33,450 nucleotides of DNA from Patescibacteria group bacterium (lineage in GTDB: Bacteria; Patescibacteriota; Patescibacteriia; 2-12-FULL-60-25), in contig JAHIUG010000010.1 of the NCBI GenBank assembly GCA_018817245.1, positions 1 through 33,450 of the forward strand, in the 5' to 3' direction. Shown here piece after piece: positions 32,951-33,450 of the stretch. Within the stretch, counting starts at the first letter, position 1. Each line of letters begins with the position of its first letter. A model generated the notes under the pieces. The model was not told the origin of the DNA and searched no databases. It saw only the letters and a list, made by a program, of their open reading frames with translations. A program made the position numbers and the translations under genes.

Positions 32951-33450
32951 ATGATAATTCCAAAAACTATCGCGTATCCGCTTTTACTTCTCCCATGGAT
33001 TTTGGCTTTGGCGATTTTTGGTTGGATTTTGATCCAACGCTTTCCACCGAGTGGCATGTTTGTGACAACGAGCATGATTGACGGAAAGAGCGCTTTTATC
33101 AATCCGTTTTTGCCGTCCGAACGTGTGAGCGTGCCAGGTTTGCAGCCTGACGGATGGGTTGGACAAAGAATTACTGGCGATCCAACATATTTCACAACGC
33201 GTGTACCAGGTCCGTATGAAAGTGCTGAGATAGAGATTGATTTTCGTTCGGTTCGGCAGCCGCTTTTGGAATTTGGAATTGTGCGCGATGCTGAGGGAAA
33301 TGATTTGGATTTAACTCCAATGTATTTGGAACAATTGCAAGCGGATGTTTGGCGTACTGTGAAAAACGGATATGTACGCGTTGGGATTTCAGATGTGAGA
33401 TTAGATGATCCGAATTCGCGAGGGCTAGCGGTTTGGGATGCAACAAGTAG
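32951..33450 (+). CDS. membrane-anchored hypothetical protein, 3'-truncated by the window end (not in the ORF track)
   Basis: The frame is open from ATG 32951 to the end of the window: MIIPKTIAYPLLLLPWILALAIFGWILIQRFPPSG... One N-terminal TM helix. The minus-strand ORFs listed here are antisense artefacts. Confidence 0.6.
   Translation, partial: MIIPKTIAYPLLLLPWILALAIFGWILIQRFPPSGMFVTTSMIDGKSAFINPFLPSERVSVPGLQPDGWVGQRITGDPTYFTTRVPGPYESAEIEIDFRSVRQPLLEFGIVRDAEGNDLDLTPMYLEQLQADVWRTVKNGYVRVGISDVRLDDPNSRGLAVWDATS

Noticed and set aside
1-33450. tRNA or rRNA genes, integrases, transposases, toxin-antitoxin pairs and known defence systems
   Set aside because: Scanning by eye found no T-loop GGTTCGAAT-type cloverleaf candidates, no rRNA-like segments, and no ORFs with recombinase, nuclease or defence signatures.

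Overview
The window looks like chromosome from a small-genome, moderately AT-rich bacterium. By inference it is Candidate Phyla Radiation / Patescibacteria-like. It uses the standard genetic code, since TGA clearly acts as a stop. I can support about 36 protein genes and found no tRNA, rRNA or CRISPR array.

Gene content in order:
- An orphan small gene.
- A membrane protein followed by a VirD4/TraD-like P-loop ATPase (787-4387).
- An alpha/beta hydrolase, a D-Ala-D-Ala carboxypeptidase and mnmA.
- A second orphan gene.
- An AT-rich three-gene minus-strand islet (8.2-9.8 kb).
- A membrane GAF-like protein and alaS.
- A small lipoprotein.
- A ribosomal/alpha-operon block: infA-rpmJ-rpsM-rpsK-rpsD-rpoA-rplQ-rplM-rpsI (13.5-17.9 kb).
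- Another orphan gene.
- A surface-glycan cluster (18.7-24.5 kb): flippase, GT4, GT2 and a GT2::O-antigen-ligase-like fusion.
- A PaaX/Cas2-fold regulator-like gene bracketed by perfect 30-bp direct repeats.
- fmt-def-priA, a Memo/LigB-like gene and a secreted repeat protein on the minus strand.
- A GT-C glycosyltransferase and a 3'-truncated membrane protein.

The most unusual features:
1. The split coupling-protein-like ATPase module.
2. Two pervasive repeat systems. One is a family of TGTCAT...ATGACA palindromic MITE-like elements. The other is intergenic spacers built from short oligomer 'words' (ACGAAT, GAAC, TAAC, ATAC and similar).
3. Both repeat systems are also found translated in frame inside genes.
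4. Reduced housekeeping proteins: RpoA without an alpha-CTD, AlaRS without C-Ala, and PriA with degenerate ATPase motifs.
5. Four self-contained GC-richer orphan gene cassettes.

All functional calls rest on motif recognition by eye; no database search was run.
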